A stretch of 57,135 nt of DNA from an uncultured Coprococcus sp. GTDB taxonomy: Bacteria > Bacillota > Clostridia > Lachnospirales > Lachnospiraceae. Under the pieces are notes generated by a model. That model was not told the DNA's origin, did not search any database, and worked only from the letters and a program-made list of their open reading frames with translations. The DNA lies in assembly GCA_900548315.1 (NCBI GenBank), contig URJU01000001.1, positions 1 to 57,135 on the forward strand, in the 5' to 3' direction. Within the stretch, counting starts at the first letter, position 1; each line of letters begins with the position of its first letter. Shown here piece after piece: positions 28,633-38,683 of the stretch. The position numbers were made by a program, and so were the translations under genes.

Positions 28633-31600
28633 ATGGAAAGGGTATTTCACAATAAGTCATTTCTTCATCGATTTATAGCGGTGGTGATGGCGGTGGTCAT
28701 GGTATTGACTCTAGTGGCGATAGACTCCCATGTACATCTGTTTGCAGAGGAAGATATAAAGACCATAGATATCACAGATCTGTTAAAGGGCGATGATGAA
28801 AATGCGGTTTCCGGATTTTCTGCTTTAACAAAATTTAAGCTTAAGAGTGATAAGGTTGATGGTATAGATCTTGCAAAGGTGATGTATAAAGAGTATACAG
28901 GGGAGCCTTCAGAAATACTGGGAACACCGACAGATGTAACAAAATATAACAAGATAGGTGCTGAGGAGGAGCTTGCCCATAAGGATAAGAACCTCAAATA
29001 TGCATTTTATTATCCGACATATAACGATAAAGATGAGCTGCAGGGATACCAGCTTATAGGAACAATCAGAGTATCCTATGATGATAAGCAGCCGGAGATA
29101 GGCAGCGCGTTTGATCTGGTGGCAGGAAATGACAGACTCATAGAGAAGGATGGATATTATATCCTTAATCTTGTCAAGGAAGGAGAGGCAGCGGTAACTC
29201 CAAAGTTTGAGATAAAAGCAAAGGATACCGATGACGAAAATGCTACAGGAATAGACAAGGTAGTCTGGATCAAAAATGGAGATGCGAAAGAGACAGAGAT
29301 TGAAAAAACAGATGGTAAATATATATTCAGTGTACCGGATGCATCGGGAGAGTATACGTTTAAGGCGTATGATAAAGCTGGGAATGCCAGTGGATTATCA
29401 CAGCCGTTGATCATCAAAAAGCTGAATGGAATTCCTTCTATAACAAAGGTAACAACAACAGCGGTTAAGAAGACAGTAAATGACCTCACATTCCTTGTGT
29501 CAGCAAATACAGTTAAGGTTACAGTGAATGTTGCAAGATCCACAGCAGGAGATGGCGGTACAGCAGTGGATGTGGGAGCAAAGCTTTGCTACAAGTTTAT
29601 TGCAGGCGGCAAAGAATCCGCTGAGATAACAAAGGATATCATCGGCAATGCAGTGGACTTTGAGATTCCTGCAAGTGCATTGGATAAGGATAAAAGAACC
29701 CTTCATACGGTGGCAATATGTGTGGAGGATGAGTTTGGCAACAGAACATATTCCACAGATTTAGATGGAAATATTCTGTTTGTCAGCGATCAGAAACCAG
29801 TGATTGAGATTAATGATGCAGAACTCATCAGAGGAAAGGGTTATGACGCATATCCAGAGGATACATCAAATAAATGGGCACAGTCTATGACATTGGGACT
29901 GGATGTGAGTGATGATTACTCATACATAGACAGTATATATTACTCATATACAGGAAAGTCTGGCTCAGGAATTCCATCATCAGGAAATATCGTTATCGAA
30001 AAGGATCTGTTTGACTTCAGAAATGCAACAGGGCTAAACATTGTTGGAACAGGAAAAGCAGATGGTTCCGCTGATAAGATTGAACTTGCCGATGGTCAGT
30101 ATACACTGACATTCAAGGCAAAAAACTACGTGGGAAAAGAGGGCACAAAATCTATTGATGTATACATAGACAACACAGCACCAACTTTGAACATGACATC
30201 CGACTATGCACAGATAAGTGTGGGCAAGGAAAAGTATTATCCATTCTCAACCACAAAACAGTGCATGAATATAACATGGGGGGATGCAGGCGGATCAGGT
30301 GTTGATGAGCGAACAGTAACAGCAAAGCTAGTGAGAACAGGTAAAGAGGGCAGGGATCAGAATCTTAATGTTGCCATTGACGGTGAGGGTAAGGCTCATG
30401 TAAGTATTGACAGCAAGACGCAAAGTGGAAGATACACCCTTGAAGTTGAAGTGTATGATCATGCTGGAAATAAACAGACCGTGAAACAGCCTGTATTTGT
30501 GAATAGATCAGATGTTACAGCTGAGATCAGCGCAACGGCAGGCGGAGACGATATAAAGAGCGGTTCTTATATAACGGCAGACAGAATAGTTGTCACAGGT
30601 ACGGCAAAGGGATATAGTCTCACTGCTGATGATCTCGATATCTCACTCAATGATGCAGACATTAAAGCCTCATCTGACTGCAAGATTACATCAACAGCAG
30701 GAGAATTAAATACAATAACATTTACATATGTGATATCCGTCAGCAAGGCTAGCAAGCTTGGAAATTACGTGTTCAAACTCACAGCACACAACCATGGCAC
30801 GGACGAGACAAAGACTGCAAAGTATTCACTTGTATATGATACAGCATGTCCTACAGTGACTGTGGATAAAGTGGCAGCATACAACCGCAGCAGTGTAACC
30901 CTCAATTGGGCTGCAACGGATAATGAGTATGTAAAGACAGTGGTTATAGAGGGAACCAGGACGGAGTGTATGTATGATGCTGGAAAGATAGACAGAGAGG
31001 AATATGATGTAAATGTAAGACTTAAGGGTACGACCACGTCATATGTGTTCAAGGAAGATGGACGTTACAGTCTTGGAATTTACGCATTAGATGCTGCTGG
31101 CAACAGAAGTGTTGTAAAGATGGTAAGTTTTATCATAGACAGGGAAAAGCCACAGGCAGAGTACGATGAGCTTAAGACTGATCCTTCGGTCATAGATAAT
31201 AAGAGTCAGACCATAGATATAACAGTACACGATTCATACGGAATAGATGGCGATGATGTTACTGCTACAATATACTACAGGACATATAATGGCACAAAGG
31301 GAACAAAAATAGCCACATTTGATAGGGTAAGCAATGAGATAGTTAAGGCATCTGTAAATCTCAGACAGGTAGGCGGCAAGGCAGCTGTGTACAGAGTTGA
31401 GGTGAGTGGCAATGATAAGGCTGGAAACGCAGTGGTAGATGCAGATGGACTTGCAGGCAACAGATATTACATAGATAATACAAAGCCAACCATTTCAATA
31501 TCGCCAAAGCCGGAAAAAACTAACGGTGGGTATTACAAGGGTGAAGTAGCATTCGATGTCAATATCGGTGAGCAGTTCAACAGAAAGCATACACTGACGA

Positions 31601-33426
31601 TAACAGATGCAAATGGAACTATACAGGAGAAGAACACAGCATTTGAGTTCAACGAATATGTATATGGCGCAAGCTACACCGGACAGGGAGAATATAACCT
31701 CACAATAAAGGTGACAGATGCTGCCGGAAATGTTTCAACAGTTGGGACAAAGTTTTTGATCGACAAGACAAAGCCGTTTGTTCAGCTCGGAGATGTAGCT
31801 CTCTTAAATACAGGAAATGTGACACTTCCTATAACTCTTACAGACAATATGAAGGGTTCAAAATATACAGTTCATGTTGTGAGAACAGATGCAAATGGCA
31901 ATAAGGCATTCGATGCAGATCTTGAGAAGGGTACGTGGAATGGCACAGATTTCAGCAAGAATTATACATTTGCAGATGAGGGTGACTACACAGTTACCGT
32001 TTTAGCGGAGGATAAGGCTGGAAACAGATCAGATGTAAAAACAGCTAAGTTTAGGATTGATAAGACTGCTCCGGTAATCTCAATAAGCGGAGTGGGAGAC
32101 AGACAGACAACTTCAGCGACAGCGACCATCAGTGTGGATGAGGCGTTTTCTTTTGATTATGAGGGAAGAAGTCTTGGAGCATCAGATATAAGAGTTTCGA
32201 TAACAAAGAAGACAGACGGAACTGGAGCGTCCAACATGGCAGAACTTACGACTGGAAGTTTCTCAGGTGGCAATCCTCATACGGCAACATACAACTTTAC
32301 AGATGACGGTGAGTACACTATCACAGTAAATGCGAGGGATCTAGCTGGAAATGTCGCTGCAAGTGCAACGAAGACATTTAAGATAGACTCAAAGGCACCA
32401 GTTATAAAGATGAGCGTGACTGACAAGAACAGCAAGACTGTAAAGAGCTATGATGCAGTGGGAAGTACTGATATGCTTGATCCAAACTATGTTGATATGG
32501 CACTTTCTGTTGAGGAGACTTTCTTCAGAACGAACAATGTCAAGATAACTGTAAAGAAGGATGGCAAGGATATCTCATCATCAAGCTTTGCAAACTACAG
32601 CAATTCATCTGCTGTAAGTACAGGAAGTCAGAGATTTGAGGAAGATGGGGTGTACGATGTATCAATAACCGCGCAGGATGAGCTTGGAAACAAGGCAGAG
32701 GATTACAATATCGTGTTCACTGTGGACAACACAGCACCAACTGTTGAATCTACCGAAAAACTTCTCAGCTTTATGGCAAAATCCACAGCTGAAGCGGATG
32801 GCAGTCTGCTTTTAAATGCGGACGATTTTGCCGATATTCTGAATTCAGGATATGATGTACTCTGGAAAGTAAACGATACCTCAGTATTTGATGTTGATGT
32901 CAAGATGGACGGAGTGGACTTTATAGACTTTTCAGATATGTCCGATGGATATCACAAGATAACTCTTAGTGCAGTTGATGAGGTTGGACATAAGACAAGT
33001 CAGGAGTTTGAATTTACATACGATGGTACAGCACCTAGAATAATAATAACCGGAGTCGAGGATGGAGAGACTGTAAGAGAACCATTTGATATGACTATAG
33101 GACTTGAGAACGAGGAAGACGAGATCATATCGATAGTTATAAATGGCAATACTATAGATCCAGCACAGTACAAGAGCAATAATCAGTATAAGATGCATGT
33201 CGAGGAATATGACACATATACAATAGAAGTAACAGCTACAGATAAGGCTGGAAATATTTCTTCAACAGTGGATGAAAAGACAGGTGCGGTATTCACATTT
33301 AAGCTCAGTGAGGGATTATCTCCAGTTGCATTGGTACTGATAATAATAGCAGCTATACTTCTCGTTGCACTGCTGATATTTGTGATAATAGCAGGTAAAA
33401 AGAGAAAAAAGAAAAATGCAGCATAA
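28633..33426 (+). CDS. Large cell-surface protein with bacterial Ig-like repeats (putative adhesin)
   Basis: Signal-peptide-like N-terminus; about a dozen G.Y...D(K/A)AGN / D.T.P modules; C-terminal TM plus KKRKKK stop-transfer. Confidence 0.85.
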   Translation: MERVFHNKSFLHRFIAVVMAVVMVLTLVAIDSHVHLFAEEDIKTIDITDLLKGDDENAVSGFSALTKFKLKSDKVDGIDLAKVMYKEYTGEPSEILGTPTDVTKYNKIGAEEELAHKDKNLKYAFYYPTYNDKDELQGYQLIGTIRVSYDDKQPEIGSAFDLVAGNDRLIEKDGYYILNLVKEGEAAVTPKFEIKAKDTDDENATGIDKVVWIKNGDAKETEIEKTDGKYIFSVPDASGEYTFKAYDKAGNASGLSQPLIIKKLNGIPSITKVTTTAVKKTVNDLTFLVSANTVKVTVNVARSTAGDGGTAVDVGAKLCYKFIAGGKESAEITKDIIGNAVDFEIPASALDKDKRTLHTVAICVEDEFGNRTYSTDLDGNILFVSDQKPVIEINDAELIRGKGYDAYPEDTSNKWAQSMTLGLDVSDDYSYIDSIYYSYTGKSGSGIPSSGNIVIEKDLFDFRNATGLNIVGTGKADGSADKIELADGQYTLTFKAKNYVGKEGTKSIDVYIDNTAPTLNMTSDYAQISVGKEKYYPFSTTKQCMNITWGDAGGSGVDERTVTAKLVRTGKEGRDQNLNVAIDGEGKAHVSIDSKTQSGRYTLEVEVYDHAGNKQTVKQPVFVNRSDVTAEISATAGGDDIKSGSYITADRIVVTGTAKGYSLTADDLDISLNDADIKASSDCKITSTAGELNTITFTYVISVSKASKLGNYVFKLTAHNHGTDETKTAKYSLVYDTACPTVTVDKVAAYNRSSVTLNWAATDNEYVKTVVIEGTRTECMYDAGKIDREEYDVNVRLKGTTTSYVFKEDGRYSLGIYALDAAGNRSVVKMVSFIIDREKPQAEYDELKTDPSVIDNKSQTIDITVHDSYGIDGDDVTATIYYRTYNGTKGTKIATFDRVSNEIVKASVNLRQVGGKAAVYRVEVSGNDKAGNAVVDADGLAGNRYYIDNTKPTISISPKPEKTNGGYYKGEVAFDVNIGEQFNRKHTLTITDANGTIQEKNTAFEFNEYVYGASYTGQGEYNLTIKVTDAAGNVSTVGTKFLIDKTKPFVQLGDVALLNTGNVTLPITLTDNMKGSKYTVHVVRTDANGNKAFDADLEKGTWNGTDFSKNYTFADEGDYTVTVLAEDKAGNRSDVKTAKFRIDKTAPVISISGVGDRQTTSATATISVDEAFSFDYEGRSLGASDIRVSITKKTDGTGASNMAELTTGSFSGGNPHTATYNFTDDGEYTITVNARDLAGNVAASATKTFKIDSKAPVIKMSVTDKNSKTVKSYDAVGSTDMLDPNYVDMALSVEETFFRTNNVKITVKKDGKDISSSSFANYSNSSAVSTGSQRFEEDGVYDVSITAQDELGNKAEDYNIVFTVDNTAPTVESTEKLLSFMAKSTAEADGSLLLNADDFADILNSGYDVLWKVNDTSVFDVDVKMDGVDFIDFSDMSDGYHKITLSAVDEVGHKTSQEFEFTYDGTAPRIIITGVEDGETVREPFDMTIGLENEEDEIISIVINGNTIDPAQYKSNNQYKMHVEEYDTYTIEVTATDKAGNISSTVDEKTGAVFTFKLSEGLSPVALVLIIIAAILLVALLIFVIIAGKKRKKKNAA

Positions 33427-33448
33427 ATAAGATAGCAGGAGACAGTGA

Positions 33449-34096
33449 ATGTATAAAGCGGTAGTGTTCGATATGGATGGTGTTCTCGTAGATACAGAGA
33501 AGATATATCGGTTGTGCTGGAAGAAGAACGGCATGAGTATAGGCATTCCGGATGACGAGATGGAGCATGTGTGCGACCGGGTTGCCGGTGGCAACAAGAC
33601 TACAAATGCCCGTGTATTCAAGGATATAATGGGCGAGGATTTTCAGTATCTTCCATTTCGGCAGAGAACGATGGATCTGTTTGATGAATATGTTGCGGAA
33701 CATGGAGTCGAAATAAAAAGGCATGTGGCAGAGACTTTGGGTTTCCTGCAGAGCAGGGGCATCAGGATTGCACTTGCCACATCCACGGGCAGAGAACGGG
33801 CCATGCAGAGGCTTTCGCATGTTGGCATTCTTGATTTCTTTGAAGAGATGGTCTGTGGTGACGAGATAGTCAAGGGGAAACCGAATCCTGATATATACAT
33901 CCGGGCGTGTGAAAAGCTTGGGATATCACCGGAGGAGGCTGTAGCTGTCGAGGATTCCGTAAACGGAGTTATATCGGCGGATACAGCGGGACTGTATACG
34001 GTGATGGTGGTAGATCTCATAAAACCAAACGATATCACAGAGCAGCATGCGGATCAGACATTCTATGATATCAAAGATATATGTAGTCTGTTCTAA
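33449..34096 (+). CDS. HAD-family phosphatase (beta-PGM-like)
   Basis: FDMDGVLVDT, LATS, GKPNPDIY and VEDS motifs. Confidence 0.9.
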   Translation: MYKAVVFDMDGVLVDTEKIYRLCWKKNGMSIGIPDDEMEHVCDRVAGGNKTTNARVFKDIMGEDFQYLPFRQRTMDLFDEYVAEHGVEIKRHVAETLGFLQSRGIRIALATSTGRERAMQRLSHVGILDFFEEMVCGDEIVKGKPNPDIYIRACEKLGISPEEAVAVEDSVNGVISADTAGLYTVMVVDLIKPNDITEQHADQTFYDIKDICSLF

Positions 34097-34117
34097 TAAA
34101 AATATAAGAGATTGCAG

Positions 34118-34149
34118 ACGGTCAAACCTGAAAAGGTTTGACCGTTTTT
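34118..34149 (+). terminator. Terminator closing the FHA/kinase/adhesin/HAD operon
   Basis: acggtcaaacct-gaaa-aggtttgaccgt followed by tttt. Confidence 0.85.
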
Positions 34150-34161
34150 GTATTTGTATAA

Positions 34162-34187
34162 ATAAATCGTTGGCTGGCAACATATTT
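34162..34187 (+). promoter_or_regulatory. Candidate SigE (mother-cell) promoter
   Basis: ATA-N16-CATATTT upstream of the TIGR04086/YrzE-like gene. Confidence 0.35.
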
Positions 34188-34218
34188 ATATAATGAGGAA
34201 ATATAAGGTGGTTTTTTG

Positions 34219-34578
34219 GTGGCAGGACAGAAAATGCTTGGGGTGCTGAAAGGGCTTATAACAGCCTATCTTATCACTATTGTTTTGCTGTTTGTCATCG
34301 CAGTTGCGGTGTACAAAATAGGGATGAGTGATACTGTACTGAACGGGCTGATAACAGCGGTGTACATACTGGCGACATTTCTTGGAGGATTTATCACGGG
34401 AAAAAAGGTTCAGGAGAGGAAGTTTGTGTGGGGAGCAGTATTCGGCCTTATGTACATATTGATTGCCATAACACTGTCGGCAGTGACGGGAGGTGCAGGA
34501 GATGTAACCTTAGTGCCCCGCGTAACCAAGTGTATAATGTGCGTCGCCGGCGGCATGCTGGGGGCTATGCTGGCATGA
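34219..34578 (+). CDS. TIGR04086/YrzE-family membrane protein
   Basis: Four TM helices, GKKVQERKFVWG and GGMLG; usual position upstream of the SCIFF locus. Confidence 0.8.
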   Translation: MAGQKMLGVLKGLITAYLITIVLLFVIAVAVYKIGMSDTVLNGLITAVYILATFLGGFITGKKVQERKFVWGAVFGLMYILIAITLSAVTGGAGDVTLVPRVTKCIMCVAGGMLGAMLA

Positions 34579-34651
34579 AAAAACTCTTTTACTTTATATA
34601 TCTTTATGTTATAATCGCGGTATATGACATAAAAAGAGAGGTGTATCTAGA

Positions 34652-34801
34652 ATGAAGAGAATTAAGACACTCACAAATAAGACTATGAAGAATACAATGG
34701 TCAAGGGTGGATGTGGCGAGTGCCAGACATCATGCCAGTCAGCTTGTAAGACATCATGCACAGTTGGTAATCAGAGCTGTGAGAATGTTAACAACAAGTA
34801 A
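34652..34801 (+). CDS. scfA: SCIFF ranthipeptide precursor (six cysteines in forty-five), 49 aa
   Basis: Own translation: MKRIKTLTNKTMKNTMVKGGCGECQTSCQSACKTSCTVGNQSCENVNNK; GAGG RBS; extended -10 TGtTATAAT at 34607-34615. Confidence 0.97.
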   Translation: MKRIKTLTNKTMKNTMVKGGCGECQTSCQSACKTSCTVGNQSCENVNNK

Positions 34802-34826
34802 TTTGTAACAGTTTGTATTTGATCAG

Positions 34827-34865
34827 CTAAAGGGGACCGTCGTATATTATGACAGTCCTCTTTAG
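34827..34865 (+). terminator. Stem-loop between scfA and scfB
   Basis: ctaaaggggac...gtcctctttag. Confidence 0.55.
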
Positions 34866-34910
34866 TGCGTGTATAAGGATACCGTGTGTGGTATTTTTTG
34901 AAGGAGAATT

Positions 34911-36275
34911 ATGGTTCATCAGTACAAGAACAATGGATATAATATAGTGCTTGATGTCTGTAGTGGATCGGTACATGTAGTAGACGATCTTGTCTATGAT
35001 ATTATTTCTTTATACGAAGAGAATGATAAAGAGCAGATAATAGCAGCACTGCCACAGTATGACAGCGCAGATGTCTCAGAGGCGTGTGATGAGGTCGCCC
35101 AGCTTGTGGAGGACGGTACATTATTTACAGATGATGTGTACAAAGATTATATTATAGATTTTAAGAAGAGAAAGACAGTTGTAAAGGCTCTATGCCTGCA
35201 CATTGCCCATGACTGTAACCTTGCGTGCAGATATTGTTTTGCAGGAGAGGGAGAGTATAAGGGAGACAGAGCGCTTATGTCGCTTGAAGTGGCAAAGAAA
35301 TCGTTGGATTTCCTGGTAGCCAATTCCGGATTAAGAAGGAATCTCGAGGTTGATTTCTTTGGAGGAGAGCCTCTCATGAACTGGGATGTGGTTAAGAAGA
35401 CAGTTGAATACGGAAGAAGTCTTGAGGAAAAATATGATAAGAAATTTCGATTCACACTCACGACGAACGGTGTACTTCTGAATGACGAGATAATGGAATT
35501 TGCCAACAGGGAGATGGCAAATGTGGTACTCAGCATAGATGGAAGAAAAGAAATTCACGACTATATGCGTCCTACAAGAAATGGAAAGGGCAGTTATGAT
35601 GTGATATTGTCAAAGTTCCAGGAATTTGCCAAGAAGAGAGCTGGAAAGAGCTATTATGTGAGAGGTACTTACACTCACAATAATCTTGATTTTTCAAATG
35701 ATGTTCTGCATATGGCGGATCTGGGATTTGACCAGATATCGGTGGAGCCGGTCGTATCATTGCCGGATGAGCCATACGCTATAAAAGAAGAAGATATTCC
35801 TGTATTGCTTGAACAGTACGACATCCTTGCAAAGGAGATGATCAAGAGACACAAGGAGGGAAGAGGTTTCAATTTCTTCCACTTTATGATAGATCTTGAG
35901 GGTGGACCATGTGTTGCAAAAAGGCTCTCAGGATGTGGCTCAGGTACAGAGTACATGGCAGTTACCCCTTGGGGAGACCTGTATCCATGCCATCAGTTTG
36001 TCGGTGAGGACGATTTCTGTATAGGCAATGTGTTTGACGGAATCAAGAATCAGGACATAGTCAATGAATTCAAGCTGTGTAATGTATACGCAAAGGATAA
36101 ATGCAAAGATTGCTTTGCAAGATTCTACTGCAGTGGTGGATGCGCAGCCAACTCATATAAGTTCCATGGCAATATACTTGACGCATACGACATAGGGTGT
36201 GAACTTCAGAAGAAACGTATAGAGTGTGCGATCATGCTTAAGGCCGCTATGGCAGATGAGGAAGAAGAGGAATAA
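34911..36275 (+). CDS. scfB: SCIFF radical SAM/SPASM thioether maturase
   Basis: CNLACRYC, DFFGGEP and SPASM cysteines (GCGSG, YPCHQF, CKDC, CSGGC); adjacent to scfA. Confidence 0.95.
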   Translation: MVHQYKNNGYNIVLDVCSGSVHVVDDLVYDIISLYEENDKEQIIAALPQYDSADVSEACDEVAQLVEDGTLFTDDVYKDYIIDFKKRKTVVKALCLHIAHDCNLACRYCFAGEGEYKGDRALMSLEVAKKSLDFLVANSGLRRNLEVDFFGGEPLMNWDVVKKTVEYGRSLEEKYDKKFRFTLTTNGVLLNDEIMEFANREMANVVLSIDGRKEIHDYMRPTRNGKGSYDVILSKFQEFAKKRAGKSYYVRGTYTHNNLDFSNDVLHMADLGFDQISVEPVVSLPDEPYAIKEEDIPVLLEQYDILAKEMIKRHKEGRGFNFFHFMIDLEGGPCVAKRLSGCGSGTEYMAVTPWGDLYPCHQFVGEDDFCIGNVFDGIKNQDIVNEFKLCNVYAKDKCKDCFARFYCSGGCAANSYKFHGNILDAYDIGCELQKKRIECAIMLKAAMADEEEEE

Positions 36276-36296
36276 AAAGGGTAAAAGGAGAAGACG

Positions 36297-38495
36297 ATGA
36301 AGAAAACAAAGAGAAATGCTGTGCTCGTCATCATAGCCTTTCTGCTTGTACTGGGTGTTGCTATATTCACAGCAATATTCGGTGTTGCAGACAGAGGTAA
36401 AGTCGAGTACATCAAGCTTGGACTTGACCTTAAAGGCGGTCTGAGTGTAACTTACGAGATTCAGGAAGACGATTACAGTGACAAAGATCTCGAGGATACC
36501 AAGTATAAGATTGAGAAGCGAGTTGAGGCATATACTAACGAGTACTCAGTATACGAGGATGGAGATAAGAAGATCACAGCAGAGATACCTGGAGTTACCA
36601 ATGCGGATGAGATTCTTGAGGCTTTGAATATCGAGGGAAAGCTTGAGTTCCTTGATCCTGACAACTACGAGAAGTGGTCAAAGGGTGAGGCGTATGAGGC
36701 TGCTCTTACAGGAGATGACATCAAGAATGCCACAGCCGGAATTGACTCAGATAACGGCAATGACAATGTGGTACAGCTTGCATTCACAGATGAGGGAGCG
36801 CAGAAGTTTGCCGATGTAACAGCGGCGAATATAGGAAAAATAGTATATATAATATATGATGGAAAGGTTGTAAGTGCTCCAACTGTGCAGGCTGCGATCA
36901 CAGGCGGAAACGCTGAGATCAACAAGATATCAACCTATGAGGAGGCTGAGCAGCTTGCTACGACTATCCGTATCGGTGCACTTCCTCTTACACTTAAGCA
37001 GGTTCGTTCCAACATAGTAGGTGCTACACTTGGATCAGATGCTATCAGCACAAGCCTTAAGGCAGGTGCGATAGGTATTGCACTTGTATTTCTTATCATG
37101 ATCATAGTATTCAGGATCCCGGGCCTTGTGGCATCATTTGCTCTGGCATTCTATACAATACTTGATCTGCTGGTTATCAACCTGTTCAATGTAACACTGA
37201 CACTTCCTGGTATAGCCGGTGTTATCCTGTCAGTAGGTATGGCGGTTGATGCCAATGTAATCATATTCACACGTATAAAAGAGGAGCTGGCGGACGGCAA
37301 GTCCGTAAAGCAGGCTGTAAAGGGCGGTTTCCACAATGCCCTGTCAGCCATCATAGATGGTAACGTTACAACGCTTATCGCAGCACTTGTACTTGGAATA
37401 TTTGGAACAGGTACTATCAAGGGATTTGCGATCACACTGGCTATCGGTGTTGTTCTCTCAGTATTTACAGCTCTGGCAGTCAGCCAGTCACTGCTCACAG
37501 CGCTTGTAAATCTCGGTGTTACAGATGCCAAGTATTTCGGTGTTGCAAGAGAGCCAAAGAAGACAAACTTCGTGAAGGCAGGCAAGTTCTGTATGCTCGG
37601 ATCACTCATCGTGATCATCGCATGTTTCTGTATGATGCCTGTTAACAATAAGTCAAAGGGTTCACCACTTAACTTTAGTGTTGAGTTTGCAGGTGGTACA
37701 AGCCTTACAGTAGAATTTGATAAAGCATATACACTCAGCGAGGCTGAGTCAGACATAGTTCCGGTTATTGCAGAGGCAGCAGGTATCGGCGAAGCAGGTA
37801 TCTCAGTTCAGACTGTTTCAGGAACAAACGAGATCGTGTTCAAGATGCCAGAGCTGATCGATGATGGTACAGATGATTCACAGATGTCAAAGGTAAGAAC
37901 CGCCCTGACAGATAAGCTTGGCGCCGATGTCAAGGAGGCAAACGTAATAAGTGGATCAGTCAGCAGTGAGATGTCCAAGAATGCTATATTCTCAGTCATC
38001 CTTGCGGCAATCCTCATGCTTATATATATAGCTATCAGATTCCATGATGTTAAGTTCGGTGCAAGTGCAGTTATCGCACTTCTCCACGATGTTGCGATGG
38101 TATTCTGTCTGTATATTATACTGAGACTTACAGTTGGTAATACATGTATCGCGTGCCTGCTCACCATAGTTGGTTACTCGATCAACGCGACTATCATCAT
38201 ATTCGACCGTATAAGAGAGAATATAGATATAATGAGACCTAAGAAGGCAACATATAAGGATATAGTCAACCTGAGTATCAACCAGACATTCAGCAGAACT
38301 ATTTATACATCACTCACAACATTTGTTACAATATTCGTTCTGTATATCATGGGAGTGGCATCCATCAAGGAGTTCGCTCTTACACTTATGGCTGGTATAA
38401 TCATCGGTGCTTACTCTTCAGTATGTATCACCGGTCCACTTTGGTACACTATGAAGACAAAACTTGGCAAAGCCAGAAAAGACGGATTAGAATAA
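36297..38495 (+). CDS. secDF: Protein translocase SecDF fusion
   Basis: LGLDLKGG, GMAVDANV, IIDGNVTT, EFAGG, LLHD and GYSINATIIIFDRIRE motifs. Confidence 0.95.
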   Translation: MKKTKRNAVLVIIAFLLVLGVAIFTAIFGVADRGKVEYIKLGLDLKGGLSVTYEIQEDDYSDKDLEDTKYKIEKRVEAYTNEYSVYEDGDKKITAEIPGVTNADEILEALNIEGKLEFLDPDNYEKWSKGEAYEAALTGDDIKNATAGIDSDNGNDNVVQLAFTDEGAQKFADVTAANIGKIVYIIYDGKVVSAPTVQAAITGGNAEINKISTYEEAEQLATTIRIGALPLTLKQVRSNIVGATLGSDAISTSLKAGAIGIALVFLIMIIVFRIPGLVASFALAFYTILDLLVINLFNVTLTLPGIAGVILSVGMAVDANVIIFTRIKEELADGKSVKQAVKGGFHNALSAIIDGNVTTLIAALVLGIFGTGTIKGFAITLAIGVVLSVFTALAVSQSLLTALVNLGVTDAKYFGVAREPKKTNFVKAGKFCMLGSLIVIIACFCMMPVNNKSKGSPLNFSVEFAGGTSLTVEFDKAYTLSEAESDIVPVIAEAAGIGEAGISVQTVSGTNEIVFKMPELIDDGTDDSQMSKVRTALTDKLGADVKEANVISGSVSSEMSKNAIFSVILAAILMLIYIAIRFHDVKFGASAVIALLHDVAMVFCLYIILRLTVGNTCIACLLTIVGYSINATIIIFDRIRENIDIMRPKKATYKDIVNLSINQTFSRTIYTSLTTFVTIFVLYIMGVASIKEFALTLMAGIIIGAYSSVCITGPLWYTMKTKLGKARKDGLE

Positions 38496-38530
38496 TATCG
38501 TACGATATCGTGAAACATAATAAAAAACAG

Positions 38531-38570
38531 GCAAATGCCTCCATGACAGTGATGTTGTGGAGGCATTTGC
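38531..38570 (+). terminator. Terminator after secDF
   Basis: gcaaatgcctcca...tggaggcatttgc. Confidence 0.65.
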
Positions 38571-38605
38571 AGTTTACAGATGATATGATCTGAAGTACAA
38601 TGACA

Positions 38606-38665
38606 TGAAATAATCTGTAGTGAAATAGTTTGAAGTGAAATAATTCTGAGTGAAATAACCTGGAA
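38606..38665 (+). repeat. Intergenic 15-bp-period tandem repeat (TGAAATA core x4)
   Basis: tgaaata at 38606, 38621, 38636 and 38651. Confidence 0.8.
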
Positions 38666-38683
38666 TAAAACGGAGGTGAAGAT

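Noticed and set aside
21293..33426. Complete type VII or type VI secretion system
   Set aside because: No FtsK/EssC ATPase, WXG100 substrate or T6SS structural gene is in the window; only the regulatory-type genes are present.
38606..38665. Mini CRISPR array or iterons
   Set aside because: The 7-bp core and 15-bp period are too short, and there is no rep or cas gene.
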